32,349 nucleotides of DNA from a virus (taxonomy: Duplodnaviria > Caudoviricetes): positions 1 to 32,349 of IMG/VR virus record IMGVR_UViG_3300025277_000081; one strand, 5' to 3'. Under the pieces are notes generated by a model. That model did not search any database. It saw only the letters and a program-made list of their open reading frames with translations, and had not been told where the DNA came from. This document shows, one piece after another, positions 15,708 through 24,357 of the stretch (positions within the stretch are counted from its first letter, which is position 1; every line of letters begins with the position of its first letter). A program made the position numbers and the translations under genes.

Positions 15708-16760
15708 ATGAAACTTTATCAAAAGATAAAAGAGAAATTGTTATCGGCTCATTGGTTAGTAGTGAATGATCCAAGTAAGTTCGTAAATGAATTTATCCCT
15801 CCTCCCTATTTGGAGGAACACAATAAGAATCTTAATGACAATAATAAATTTTATTTGGATTCAAAAGAGGGACTTTCTATATTGAAATCAATATCACAAG
15901 AAATACAAAAAGCTAACAAATTTTATTTAGATTTTAATAACTCTAATGTAGCTGAAAATTTAACCCCAAAGGAAATGGAAACAGTTGCACAAGACATAAA
16001 GATATTTCTTCCTTATGAAAAAACATTTATTCAGTTTGAAGACGTAAACGTTGTGCATAATCTTTGTTTACGAGAAGCCAAAGACGTTCAAGCTAGTAGT
16101 ATCAAGAATAAATCCATATATAGAATTCTTAAAAAGTTTGGATTACAGGGAAGGTCGTTAAATAAAGATACTACCCTTTACTCAATGTTTCATTCAGTAT
16201 ATTTTAAGGATAATTTTCCCCATAAAGAATTTGTAAACAAAACCATACTTGATCCTAGTGTTTATCTGATAAACCCAGAGGGCGAGTATTGGCAAGAAAA
16301 AGGAAAGAGTGCCATTTTTGGTTGGGGAGTCTTAGACGAATCCGAACAATTTCACGGAGGAGGTTATCGAATAGGTGCTAGTAGTCCCTTCTTTGACGAC
16401 ATGGAACACAACACCTTAAGGATTTGGTTCCTCCTTAATCTATTACTTAGCTATCCTGCTTTGTCCAGTACCAAAACAATAAAAGGAAAAACAGGTGTCC
16501 ACATGGGCGGTACGCATGGGTACAAGTCTAGTCACTTGATAGGAAGACCTACTTGGGAGCATAAGGTATTGAAGCTTGATCTCTACGGTAGTGCTTCTGG
16601 TGGTCACAATGGTAATGGTTCTCCTAAAGCATTCCATTCAGTTAGAGGACATCTAAGAAGACTGGCTAAAGGAAATGTCACTTTCATTAAGCCACACTTT
16701 AGAGGAAGCAAAGAAGTAGGAACTGTAGAGAAAGAATACGCACTACAAAAAAAGAAGTGA
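15708..16760 (+). CDS. Hypothetical protein with basic His-rich C-terminal motif
   Basis: 350 aa, RBS GAGGG; LPYEKTFIQF and PKAFHSVRGHLRRL...TFIKPHFRG motifs recurrent in phage proteins of unknown function. Confidence 0.8.
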   Translation: MKLYQKIKEKLLSAHWLVVNDPSKFVNEFIPPPYLEEHNKNLNDNNKFYLDSKEGLSILKSISQEIQKANKFYLDFNNSNVAENLTPKEMETVAQDIKIFLPYEKTFIQFEDVNVVHNLCLREAKDVQASSIKNKSIYRILKKFGLQGRSLNKDTTLYSMFHSVYFKDNFPHKEFVNKTILDPSVYLINPEGEYWQEKGKSAIFGWGVLDESEQFHGGGYRIGASSPFFDDMEHNTLRIWFLLNLLLSYPALSSTKTIKGKTGVHMGGTHGYKSSHLIGRPTWEHKVLKLDLYGSASGGHNGNGSPKAFHSVRGHLRRLAKGNVTFIKPHFRGSKEVGTVEKEYALQKKK

Positions 16761-16777
16761 TGATAGTAGTAAAGAAG

Positions 16778-17077
16778 AAGAAACACCGAACCAAAACTGG
16801 TTCAAGTTTGCTGAACTGGTTTGGGTTTCTTGAGGGAAGAGGCATTTTAGGGGGTACTACTACCCCTCCTCCCCTAGAGATCGGCTCTCTATGGCTACGC
16901 ATTTAAGCCGAAAATCAAAAAAAGGAGTTGATTTTGCCCTTTGTTTACTTTGACGGTAAATAAAGGGGAACGTCAACGTTCCAATATAGACGAGATAAAA
17001 ATAAGGGTTACGAAGGAAAACACAACCGGGCGTTTTTACCGGGAACTAGATTATCCGTTACGGATATCTCGTCTATA
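16778..17077 (+). ncRNA. Candidate structured RNA or regulatory region
   Basis: At least seven inverted repeats in ~300 nt of intergenic DNA, including a perfect 13-bp long-range stem (16985-97 with 17065-77). Confidence 0.4.
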
Positions 17078-17089
17078 GAGCAGTTAAAC

Positions 17090-17103
17090 ATTGAACGTTC
17101 AAT
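17090..17103. promoter_or_regulatory. Palindromic operator-like site, copy 4
   Basis: GTTAAAC-ATTGAACGTTCAAT-ATTTAAC: a 28-bp palindrome with one mismatched pair. Confidence 0.7.
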
Positions 17104-17151
17104 ATTTAACTTTTTTTAACTCCGGGTAACACCGGGAATGACTGGAAAATT

Positions 17152-17982
17152 ATGAAAGAAATAACAGTAAAAGAAAACCAGATATGGACAAAACTTGCAG
17201 ACCATTATGGAGAGGTAGAAAATAAAATGCCTCAAAATAAACTCAAGGCTAGAGTCTATACAGTGGTTAATATCTTTAGGGATGAAATAGATACCATAGC
17301 AATCCTAAGAAACTTTAAAACTCAAGGAGTGAAAGCTATAGATGTAAGAGAAATGCTAGGCAATTCAAGTTGGAAATATCATCCAAACGCATCTGTTACT
17401 TGGAGACAAGTTGCAGATATTGAATGGGACGAGTCCTCTTATACTAGGGATAAACCCAAGAAGAAATCTAAACCCAAAAAGAAAGCCAAACCCAAGAAAG
17501 AGGTTAAGGTTAGTTTGGATATTGCCAAGACAGTAAAAGAGATTACTGGAAATAGAGATACCCAAATATCCAAGGCACTTAACGGTGCAGTTGAAAAAGC
17601 TGATAAGAAAAAGAGCAAGAAAATTCCCACTGATCAAGAATCATGGGAAAGATTTGCTTCATATATGTATGACGACTTGGGTACTTTCGGAGAAATCTTT
17701 AAAGACACCGAAGTTCTAAGTGATCCTAACTACAGGGGTAGGTGGATGAATGGCAGGTATGCTTTACAAGGTCAACAGTGTTTGGATATGTACCGAGACG
17801 AAGGAGTTACTATTCGTAGGATACTGTCAAAACAAATGGTAGAAACTTACGAAGGATCGGGTATTTGGAAGCCATTAAGTTATCAAGCCATAATTAAAAG
17901 ATTGTTCAAAGCTATCTGGAAACATGGTAAACCCGAAGAAAGGAAACTTTTATTTGGGGATTTATACAAGGGGGGAAAATGA
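17152..17982 (+). CDS. Hypothetical protein with Lys/Pro-rich linker
   Basis: 276-aa ORF, coupled to the next gene by ATGA overlap. Confidence 0.75.
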   Translation: MKEITVKENQIWTKLADHYGEVENKMPQNKLKARVYTVVNIFRDEIDTIAILRNFKTQGVKAIDVREMLGNSSWKYHPNASVTWRQVADIEWDESSYTRDKPKKKSKPKKKAKPKKEVKVSLDIAKTVKEITGNRDTQISKALNGAVEKADKKKSKKIPTDQESWERFASYMYDDLGTFGEIFKDTEVLSDPNYRGRWMNGRYALQGQQCLDMYRDEGVTIRRILSKQMVETYEGSGIWKPLSYQAIIKRLFKAIWKHGKPEERKLLFGDLYKGGK

Positions 17983-18179
17983 AACAGGAAATAAATGTTT
18001 ATTGGAAAAACAATTATGGGGTGGATCATTGTTACCCCTTTTGTAGAACTGCCAAGAAGCTAATCAAGCTTACTGGTTCTAAAACCTTCAATGGTTATCA
18101 CTTGTCTGTTATTGAGGACTTGGGTTACTCTGTTAATGTAGTGCCTTATGTTCCTGCTCAAATGAGGGGTGGTGTCTAA
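17979..18179 (+). CDS. Hypothetical protein
   Basis: 66 aa; KNNYG....YP.C..AK....LTG.KT........IE.LGY pattern common in small phage proteins. Confidence 0.75.
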   Translation: MKQEINVYWKNNYGVDHCYPFCRTAKKLIKLTGSKTFNGYHLSVIEDLGYSVNVVPYVPAQMRGGV

Positions 18180-18442
18180 TGGTTAATGAAGAATTACTGG
18201 AAGATACTATTCAACCAGTCATGGAAATTTGTAATAGAATTTACACTAAGATTGATCGTACTCCTAAAGAAGAAATGTCAGAGATTGACTTTGAGTTGGT
18301 AAAAACTTTTAATGAGTTAGTGGACATCAACCAAAGGAACTTGGATATTCTTTTCCCCGAAAGGGGTAGGTTTCCGAGGAAACATCTTTCTTTCAAGAAG
18401 CAAGGATTTGCTACTGGTATCGAGGAGGAAATTGATGAATGA
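18179..18442 (+). CDS. Hypothetical protein
   Basis: 87 aa, TAATG overlap. Confidence 0.7.
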   Translation: MVNEELLEDTIQPVMEICNRIYTKIDRTPKEEMSEIDFELVKTFNELVDINQRNLDILFPERGRFPRKHLSFKKQGFATGIEEEIDE

Positions 18443-18645
18443 GTGATTTTAGTGTACAAGGCGGTGGGGATTTTTATTTATTAAATCCCCATACAGAAAA
18501 AGCCTTTATTTGGATTTCGGAGAATACCGAATTGCCTTTTTGGAATATCCCTTACTGCGGAATAGCAGTACCAAGGGAAACCTTTATAGCAATTTGGGAA
18601 GACATTGTTAAATCAGACTTAAATTTTACAGGAGCAATACAGTGA
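18439..18645 (+). CDS. Hypothetical protein
   Basis: 68 aa, RBS GAGGAGG, ATGA overlap. Confidence 0.7.
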   Translation: MSDFSVQGGGDFYLLNPHTEKAFIWISENTELPFWNIPYCGIAVPRETFIAIWEDIVKSDLNFTGAIQ

Positions 18646-18839
18646 GTAAAAAAGAAGAATATCTAACTATAAGAGTTACAACTTATACCAAGAATACCTT
18701 AGAAAAATTAGCCAAAGATCAGGGAAGAAGTATGTCAGGGCAGGTGCTTTATATGCTCAAGCAACTTTTACCACAGATTGTAGAGCCAGTAGAGGAGACA
18801 GATTTGGAGAGTATCCAATCCCAACAGAGGCTTGGATAA
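18642..18839 (+). CDS. Arc-like ribbon-helix-helix DNA-binding protein
   Basis: YLTIRV...KNTLEKLAKDQGRSMSGQVLYML; RBS AGGAG. Confidence 0.75.
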   Translation: MSKKEEYLTIRVTTYTKNTLEKLAKDQGRSMSGQVLYMLKQLLPQIVEPVEETDLESIQSQQRLG

Positions 18840-19293
18840 TATCCAATCCTCTACGGACTAAATCCAGATCGTCTTGTGTTCTTATGGGGTGGTTTAATAC
18901 CACAACATTAAACACATAATTAGATTCCCCTCCTAATTCTCGTCTTAACACACGCATTATTCTTGCTATTCGCAAGGATCGTAAAGCATAGTTTGAGGCA
19001 GAAGAAGGGGGGGAATTTTTTTGCGTTTGGGTTTCGTAATTAATTGGGTTTAAAAAGTAACCACTCTTAACTGCCATTTCTAACAGGTACTCTCCTGCGG
19101 AGTGTTGGTGGTTGTCTATCAATTCTAGGACATGGAGCAAGTCAAACATGGTTTGATTTCTCACTCTGGAGCGAATTAACTTATCGCTTTTACCCATTCT
19201 TTCCAACATCATCATAAAATGTTGGTGCAGAAACGGACTGCCTAAATCGTTAAATTCAGAACTCAATCCAAGAGTCGTCTTCTTCTTCTTCAT
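18757..19293 (-). CDS. Hypothetical protein downstream of the primase-helicase (true start possibly TTG at 19266)
   Basis: Up to 178 aa; overlaps the helicase 3' end and converges with the RHH gene. Confidence 0.7.
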   Translation of the reverse strand: MKKKKTTLGLSSEFNDLGSPFLHQHFMMMLERMGKSDKLIRSRVRNQTMFDLLHVLELIDNHQHSAGEYLLEMAVKSGYFLNPINYETQTQKNSPPSSASNYALRSLRIARIMRVLRRELGGESNYVFNVVVLNHPIRTQDDLDLVRRGLDIIQASVGIGYSPNLSPLLALQSVVKVA

Positions 19294-21094
19294 CTATTGA
19301 ACCTTCAATACTTGATCCCATAGGATCATACATACCAAAATCAGACTGCTCTAAATACCTTCCACATACTTCATCAAAACCTAATTTAATCATACCTTGT
19401 TCGCCAAGCCAACGGAATCTACACTTCCAACACAGTATCGTTACGTCTCCGTCTCCCCTATCTATGCTGATCCCGTGATCGGTTTTAGCGAACCACGAAG
19501 CACTTCCTGATATGTGATGTCCTGTTGGTATCGGAGTTTTCCCGTTACTGTCGGGATACATCTTGTGGGGATGGGCACAAAAAATAACATGAATATCTGC
19601 ACTCTTAGCGAATAACTGTAACTCGGTTAGCATCTTAGATATCTGGTTGGTTTCACTCGTCTCTCCCTTTGGCAACGTCACATAATTAAACGGATCAATC
19701 AACAATCCCCTAATACCCAACCTCATACAAGAGGTTTGGGCGAGTTGGATTATAGACTTTACGTCACTACTTGCCCCTCCCATGTGATCTATGAAAACGA
19801 AATGATCATCTACAAACTTCAAAGCCTCTCGCTTTTCTTCTTCGTTCATCTTGTTATCAGACTCAAAAAAACTTTTTCCAACATACATTTCGCACATACT
19901 GGCGATTAAGATTTCTATGGGATTTTCAAAACTGCACACACACCATTTCCAATCGTCACTTATGGCAGTGTTCAACATCAGTTGGGAACTGAATTGTGAT
20001 TTCCCACTGGACGGTATTCCCGTGATCGTAGTCAGCATACCCGTTGACAGGGTGTAAAGCCTATCCAATGATTCAAAGCCAGTTGAAATACCCCTGTACT
20101 CCCCTCCTTCATAGAGGGTAGATAATCTATCCTCATAAAAGTTTGCTCCGTTCAGACCTTTGATTGGTACTGGCTTGGCATTTTCTACAATCTCTACAAG
20201 TTTTTCTGCTCCATGATTGATTAATACATCATTCGCATCTTTACAGTCTTCGGGATAGGTAACGGTCAGACACTTGCCTTTGCCAATCCTTCGGCTTAGT
20301 TCTTCGGCTAACGCCAATCCTGCTGAATCATTATCCACTGCTAAGATTACCTTGTCGCACCCCTCTAATACGTCTCTCGCTTCCCAGACATAAGAAAACT
20401 TTCTGTCCTCCGAGGGATCAACCTTGTTGTTGTTGGATACTTTAATCGGTGCCCCATTAGGAACTGAAACACAGGGTGTTTCTACCCCTGCTTGTTCCAT
20501 AGAAATACAATCAAGTTCGCCTTCACAAATAAGTATTGAACCTTCAATGTTTAATCTATCTAGGTTAAAAAAAGTATTTGCCGATCCTTCTTGGGTAAAA
20601 CCTTTCTCTGAAATGTTTCGCCATTTGACGGCATAAATTTCTCCGTCTCTTTTGTAAGGAAATCCTATTGCATCTGTTGTTCCTGCACCATTGAACCCTC
20701 TCGTATCCGCTAGTATTCCGAGTTTGTCACACACCTCAGATGAGATGTGGCGTTGAGATATAAAATCCTTGAATGCTGAATTGTCGGTACTTCCAGACTG
20801 AATATCCGTTATGACTGGAGCGAGGCGGGGGGAACCAACTGCTACATTACGATCTCCTCTGGTTATGGAAATGTCGGTATTGGTGGGAGTTGTATTACTC
20901 TTGGTGTTGTACCCTCCGCTTATTCCGCAGTGCCAACATTGATATAAAAACTTACCGTCTTTACGAGTGACACTTAAAGTTCTCTCGGTTTTCTTTTTCC
21001 TTTGGCTTGAACATTCGGGACATTTAATTCTAACTGGGTTATTTTCTCCTTTTAAGTCGGTGTTTCTGACTGTGGCTTCTAAAACTGATTCCAT
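19256..21094 (-). CDS. Primase-helicase (T7 gp4/Twinkle type)
   Basis: Zn ribbon CPEC...CWHC; TOPRIM ICEGELD, DND, KDAND; SF4 helicase Walker A GIPSSGKS, LLIDPFN, AHPHK, ISGSASW. Confidence 0.93.
   Translation of the reverse strand: MESVLEATVRNTDLKGENNPVRIKCPECSSQRKKKTERTLSVTRKDGKFLYQCWHCGISGGYNTKSNTTPTNTDISITRGDRNVAVGSPRLAPVITDIQSGSTDNSAFKDFISQRHISSEVCDKLGILADTRGFNGAGTTDAIGFPYKRDGEIYAVKWRNISEKGFTQEGSANTFFNLDRLNIEGSILICEGELDCISMEQAGVETPCVSVPNGAPIKVSNNNKVDPSEDRKFSYVWEARDVLEGCDKVILAVDNDSAGLALAEELSRRIGKGKCLTVTYPEDCKDANDVLINHGAEKLVEIVENAKPVPIKGLNGANFYEDRLSTLYEGGEYRGISTGFESLDRLYTLSTGMLTTITGIPSSGKSQFSSQLMLNTAISDDWKWCVCSFENPIEILIASMCEMYVGKSFFESDNKMNEEEKREALKFVDDHFVFIDHMGGASSDVKSIIQLAQTSCMRLGIRGLLIDPFNYVTLPKGETSETNQISKMLTELQLFAKSADIHVIFCAHPHKMYPDSNGKTPIPTGHHISGSASWFAKTDHGISIDRGDGDVTILCWKCRFRWLGEQGMIKLGFDEVCGRYLEQSDFGMYDPMGSSIEGSIDEEEEDDSWIEF
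19296..19309. promoter_or_regulatory. Operator-like site variant inside the helicase 3' end (ATTGAACCTTCAAT)
   Basis: One central mismatch; lies just upstream of the next minus-strand gene. Confidence 0.5.
20535..20548. promoter_or_regulatory. Operator-like site variant inside the primase domain
   Basis: Minus strand reads TTAAAC-ATTGAAGGTTCAAT-ACTT, so the flank also matches the extended consensus. Confidence 0.5.
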
Positions 21095-21195
21095 TTTTAC
21101 TTGCTCTCTTATATAACTAATACTATTATTAAACTATCTAGTTTATAACTAGACAGTTATATACTAGACAGATCAAGAAAAATCCTACCAAAAAC

Positions 21196-21224
21196 AACCC
21201 GTCTTCAAAGACGGGTTTTCTTTT
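21196..21224. terminator. Candidate intrinsic terminator, possibly bidirectional
   Basis: AACCCGTCT-TCAA-AGACGGGTT with a T-rich run on the right and an A-run on the left. Confidence 0.55.
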
Positions 21225-21498
21225 GCCAGAGAGAAGCACGGAGACTTGAAATGGTATCTTCCGTTACTTGTTTTCTTTCTGTATCTGTCCCCTCTAATAT
21301 TTTCATCATAGCTTCTCGCAAACTGTCGGCATCCAAGTTCATGTTTTTACAGAACACGATAAAGTCTTCTGATATGAACCAATCTATAGCTTTAGTAACA
21401 GTCCAATGATTAATGGAAGCTAAGTCCCTTATAGCTTGTGCCAGAATAGAGAAGTTTAACTCTTCCGTCCCTTCCCACTCTGTAGCTACTTGGTTAAT
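21205..21498 (-). CDS. Hypothetical 97-aa protein with putative ATT start
   Basis: Hand-translated (I/M)NQVATEWEGTEELNFSILAQAIRDLASINHWTVTKAIDWFISEDFIVFCKNMNLDADSLREAMMKILE...; the IL.QAI.D...A..WF.S.DF...C...LD pattern resembles a common phage family; SD GGGAG precedes the ATT. Confidence 0.65.
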   Translation of the reverse strand: MNQVATEWEGTEELNFSILAQAIRDLASINHWTVTKAIDWFISEDFIVFCKNMNLDADSLREAMMKILEGTDTERKQVTEDTISSLRASLWQKKTRL

Positions 21499-21597
21499 TT
21501 TCGCTCTCCCTTTGAAAAATCTACATTGAAAATATGTTTACATTATTTCATAAATAATCTATCCTTACCACTATAGATTTTTTTGAGGGATCAATCA

Positions 21598-21738
21598 ATG
21601 GGCAGATTAAAACAGTTGGCTATTCAGCTTGAACAAGAAGGCAAGGAAAAACTAACCATGCAAAACCTTCTTGATTTAGATGAAAAAAATAAGGAGAAGA
21701 AAGATGTCGGAGAATCCGAACAAGACAAAGGTAATTAG
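21598..21738 (+). CDS. Hypothetical 46-aa protein
   Basis: Hand-translated MGRLKQLAIQLEQEGKEKLTMQNLLDLDEK...; RBS GAGGGA; first gene of the rightward operon. Confidence 0.55.
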   Translation: MGRLKQLAIQLEQEGKEKLTMQNLLDLDEKNKEKKDVGESEQDKGN

Positions 21739-21898
21739 CCTAAGAATTTCTAGCGAAACCGAAAAGATATTGGAGGGCATTGAAGATGCTACGGGCAAAA
21801 GTAAGTCTGATCTGGTGGAAGAATACCTACAGGAAGACTGGAAAAGAAATCGCAATAAGTACAACCAGATATTGAGTTTACAAAAGAGAGTTAAATGA
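21704..21898 (+). CDS. Ribbon-helix-helix (CopG-like) DNA-binding protein
   Basis: Start at MSENPN after AAGGAG; VISLRIS....KILEGIEDATGKSKSDLVEEYL. Confidence 0.75.
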   Translation: MSENPNKTKVISLRISSETEKILEGIEDATGKSKSDLVEEYLQEDWKRNRNKYNQILSLQKRVK

Positions 21899-22038
21899 AC
21901 ATTGAACCTTCAATATATAACTTAGTGGTGGAAGCCGACCAGAACTGTAAGAAAATGGTTAAGACTCTAAAGGAATGTCAAGCTAGTTTAGACCGCATGA
22001 GTAAGCTTGTGGACGAACTAGAACACAAGAAAAAATAA
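21895..22038 (+). CDS. Hypothetical 47-aa protein
   Basis: Hand-translated MNIEPSIYNLVVEADQNCKKMVKTLKECQASLDRMSKLVDELEHKKK*; ATGA and TAATG overlaps on either side. Confidence 0.6.
   Translation: MNIEPSIYNLVVEADQNCKKMVKTLKECQASLDRMSKLVDELEHKKK
21901..21914. promoter_or_regulatory. Operator-like site variant (ATTGAACCTTCAAT)
   Basis: AAC-ATTGAACCTTCAAT-ATAT at a gene junction. Confidence 0.55.
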
Positions 22039-22226
22039 TGAAACGATACCTAGGCACGGCTCGTAGGGATGGAGTCGAAAATCAAAAACCAAAGTGGTTT
22101 TTGAAAGTAACGGACACCTCAACCAATGAGATAGTGGAAGAGGGTTCAATAGTAACTCTTAGTGGAGAAACGGCTATCGCTAAAGCTTTTGAATTAGCTA
22201 GAAAATGGAATGAAACTAACAAATAA
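22038..22226 (+). CDS. Hypothetical protein
   Basis: 62 aa, overlapping neighbours in the operon. Confidence 0.65.
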   Translation: MKRYLGTARRDGVENQKPKWFLKVTDTSTNEIVEEGSIVTLSGETAIAKAFELARKWNETNK

Positions 22227-23106
22227 AACAAACCTACCACAAGTTTTCGTCAACCTCGTTCAGAGAATTGTTTATAGTCGTGGAGCCTCCGATATCTCCA
22301 TATCAGACGTTAAAGATGCACCGCAAAAATCAGTGCTTAAAAAAATGTATAACGATCACATCACGGAAGACGTAGCAGACAGATACTACGCAGTTATGGG
22401 AAGTCTCATGCACAAGGTTTTAGAGGTGGGAGTAGATGAAGACGAGAACACCATAACGGAAGAGAGGCTTTTCCAAGAGATTAATGGGTGGAAAATATCT
22501 GGGGCAATAGATGTCCAGATCACAGAAGAAGACGGAGTTATCCTACAAGACTATAAGTTTGTCGGGGTGTTCAGTGTCATTCTGGGCGAACAACCTAAAC
22601 CCGATTGGGTTAAGCAGTTGAACTGCTATGCCTACCTAGTACGCAAAGCCAAGGGATTAAAGGTTAAGAAGCTACAGATTGTCGCTATCTACCGAGACTA
22701 CAAACAAAACGGAGCCGAACAGAACAGTGATTATCCGAAGGCACCTATCGAGGTAATTGATCTACCCCTATGGACAGACGAAGAACAAGACAGGTATATG
22801 GAAGAGAGGGTGTTACTGCACCAACAAGCACTGAAAGACAACATGGAGGGAAAACCTTTAGTCCCATGCAGTGCAGAGGAAATGTGGGCGAAGGACGACA
22901 AGTTTGCCATTATGAAGGAAGGCAGGAAGAGAGCCATTAAACTATACGATAGTAAGAAAGAAGCCGAGGAAGCTTTAAAGAACAATGACCATGATGATTA
23001 CTACTTAGAAGAACGCAAGGGCGAACCGACCTTCTGTATCGGCTACTGCCCTGTGTCTAAATACTGTGATCAGCATAAGGAGTGGAAGAAAAACAATGGT
23101 GTTTGA
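22210..23106 (+). CDS. PD-(D/E)XK exonuclease (Cas4/RecB-like)
   Basis: GSLMHKVLE, EERL, ISGAID, LQDYK, QLNCYAYL and a C-terminal C..YC.V..YC Cys cluster; adjacent to the annealing protein. Confidence 0.85.
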   Translation: MKLTNKTNLPQVFVNLVQRIVYSRGASDISISDVKDAPQKSVLKKMYNDHITEDVADRYYAVMGSLMHKVLEVGVDEDENTITEERLFQEINGWKISGAIDVQITEEDGVILQDYKFVGVFSVILGEQPKPDWVKQLNCYAYLVRKAKGLKVKKLQIVAIYRDYKQNGAEQNSDYPKAPIEVIDLPLWTDEEQDRYMEERVLLHQQALKDNMEGKPLVPCSAEEMWAKDDKFAIMKEGRKRAIKLYDSKKEAEEALKNNDHDDYYLEERKGEPTFCIGYCPVSKYCDQHKEWKKNNGV

Positions 23107-23332
23107 TGAAGAGCAACAAGATGAATACTTGCGATCCATTATAGGTTTTATGCAGTTGTGTTCCAGAAAGGGTATTAGTCCCGTAATAACTGAACACGGG
23201 GACGAGATTAGCATAAACCTTGAAGTTGACGGGATACAAGTCAGTCATACGACCAAGAGAGAGAATTTTGCACAAGCAAATAAAAGAGAAATACTTAATT
23301 TATTAACCAATGGGAGCAAAGATAATGAGTAA
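23096..23332 (+). CDS. Hypothetical protein
   Basis: Probable start MVFDEE at 23096; fills the gap between nuclease and annealing protein. Confidence 0.6.
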   Translation: MVFDEEQQDEYLRSIIGFMQLCSRKGISPVITEHGDEISINLEVDGIQVSHTTKRENFAQANKREILNLLTNGSKDNE

Positions 23333-24149
23333 AGACTATAAAGAAATATGGGACACCTTGAATAAGGTTAGCATGGATAAAATAAAAGATAAAAAAGGTA
23401 AGTTCGATTATTTAAGTTGGACTGATATGTGGCAAGAAATTCACAAATACTTTCCAGAAGTAGATTATGAATTCAAAGAGTTTGACAACCCAGTACACGG
23501 AACAATGGATTGTATGGTTTATCCAAACGGAAGTGCTTCTGTTCACTGCACCGTTACTATAAAAGGTGTGAGTCGCAGTATGTGGTTAGCGATAACAGAC
23601 CACAACAATAATGCTAAAAAAGTTTGGGATGTTACTGATGTTGCCAATACTAAAATGAGGTGTTTAACCAAATGTATAAGTATGTTTGGCTTGGGTGCTC
23701 ATGTTTACAGGGGAGAGGAACTAGAGGACAGAGAAGAACCAAAAAAAGATGATAGTAGTAAAGAAAAAGAAGAAATGCCTGTGGTAGAGGACAAGCCTAA
23801 ACCAAAGCCTAAAGCTAAAGCCAAACCTAAGAAGGAAGAGATAGTGGAAGAGACGGAAGAGACAGAGGAAGATACTCTTCTGTTCAACGATAAGCCTTGG
23901 ACACCAGAGTTTTTTATTGACTCTCTAAAGAGTAGCCTAAAGGCTTTCCCTCCAGAATCAGTTGAATCTTTTAACGAAATGATTAATGACACGGACAAAG
24001 AGGACGAGAAGAAGGCAGGTGTAAATAAAACTCAAATAAAAATGGTCAAGGAACACGATCCAGAAGCTTACCAAGAGTTGATAAAATTCCTTACGGAAAA
24101 GAAAGAAGAACTGTTAGAAGAAACGGAAGAGGGGGGAGAGAATGACTGA
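23325..24149 (+). CDS. Single-strand annealing protein, Sak/Rad52-like (DUF1071-like)
   Basis: KKGKFDYLSW, V.CTVTI.G..R.MWL.I.D..N, NTKMRCLTKCISMFGLG.HVY.GE.L; start MSKDYK after GGGAG. Confidence 0.85.
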   Translation: MSKDYKEIWDTLNKVSMDKIKDKKGKFDYLSWTDMWQEIHKYFPEVDYEFKEFDNPVHGTMDCMVYPNGSASVHCTVTIKGVSRSMWLAITDHNNNAKKVWDVTDVANTKMRCLTKCISMFGLGAHVYRGEELEDREEPKKDDSSKEKEEMPVVEDKPKPKPKAKAKPKKEEIVEETEETEEDTLLFNDKPWTPEFFIDSLKSSLKAFPPESVESFNEMINDTDKEDEKKAGVNKTQIKMVKEHDPEAYQELIKFLTEKKEELLEETEEGGEND

Positions 24150-24357
24150 ACCTACCTTTTTAAAGCTTAGACCTAAATACATATTGGTTGTGCAGTATGG
24201 CGATCCCAATAGCAACGAAGCATTAAAAACTTCATTCGGAACTTTCGATAGTAAGGAAGAGGCAGATGCTTTCAGAGAAGCTAACTATACTGAAACGAAC
24301 CACATCTGCACCATAATACCCTTGAACGATTATAAAATAATGGAGAAAAATAACTGA
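24142..24357 (+). CDS. Hypothetical protein
   Basis: 71 aa, RBS GGGGGAG; FGTFDSKEEA motif. Confidence 0.7.
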   Translation: MTEPTFLKLRPKYILVVQYGDPNSNEALKTSFGTFDSKEEADAFREANYTETNHICTIIPLNDYKIMEKNN

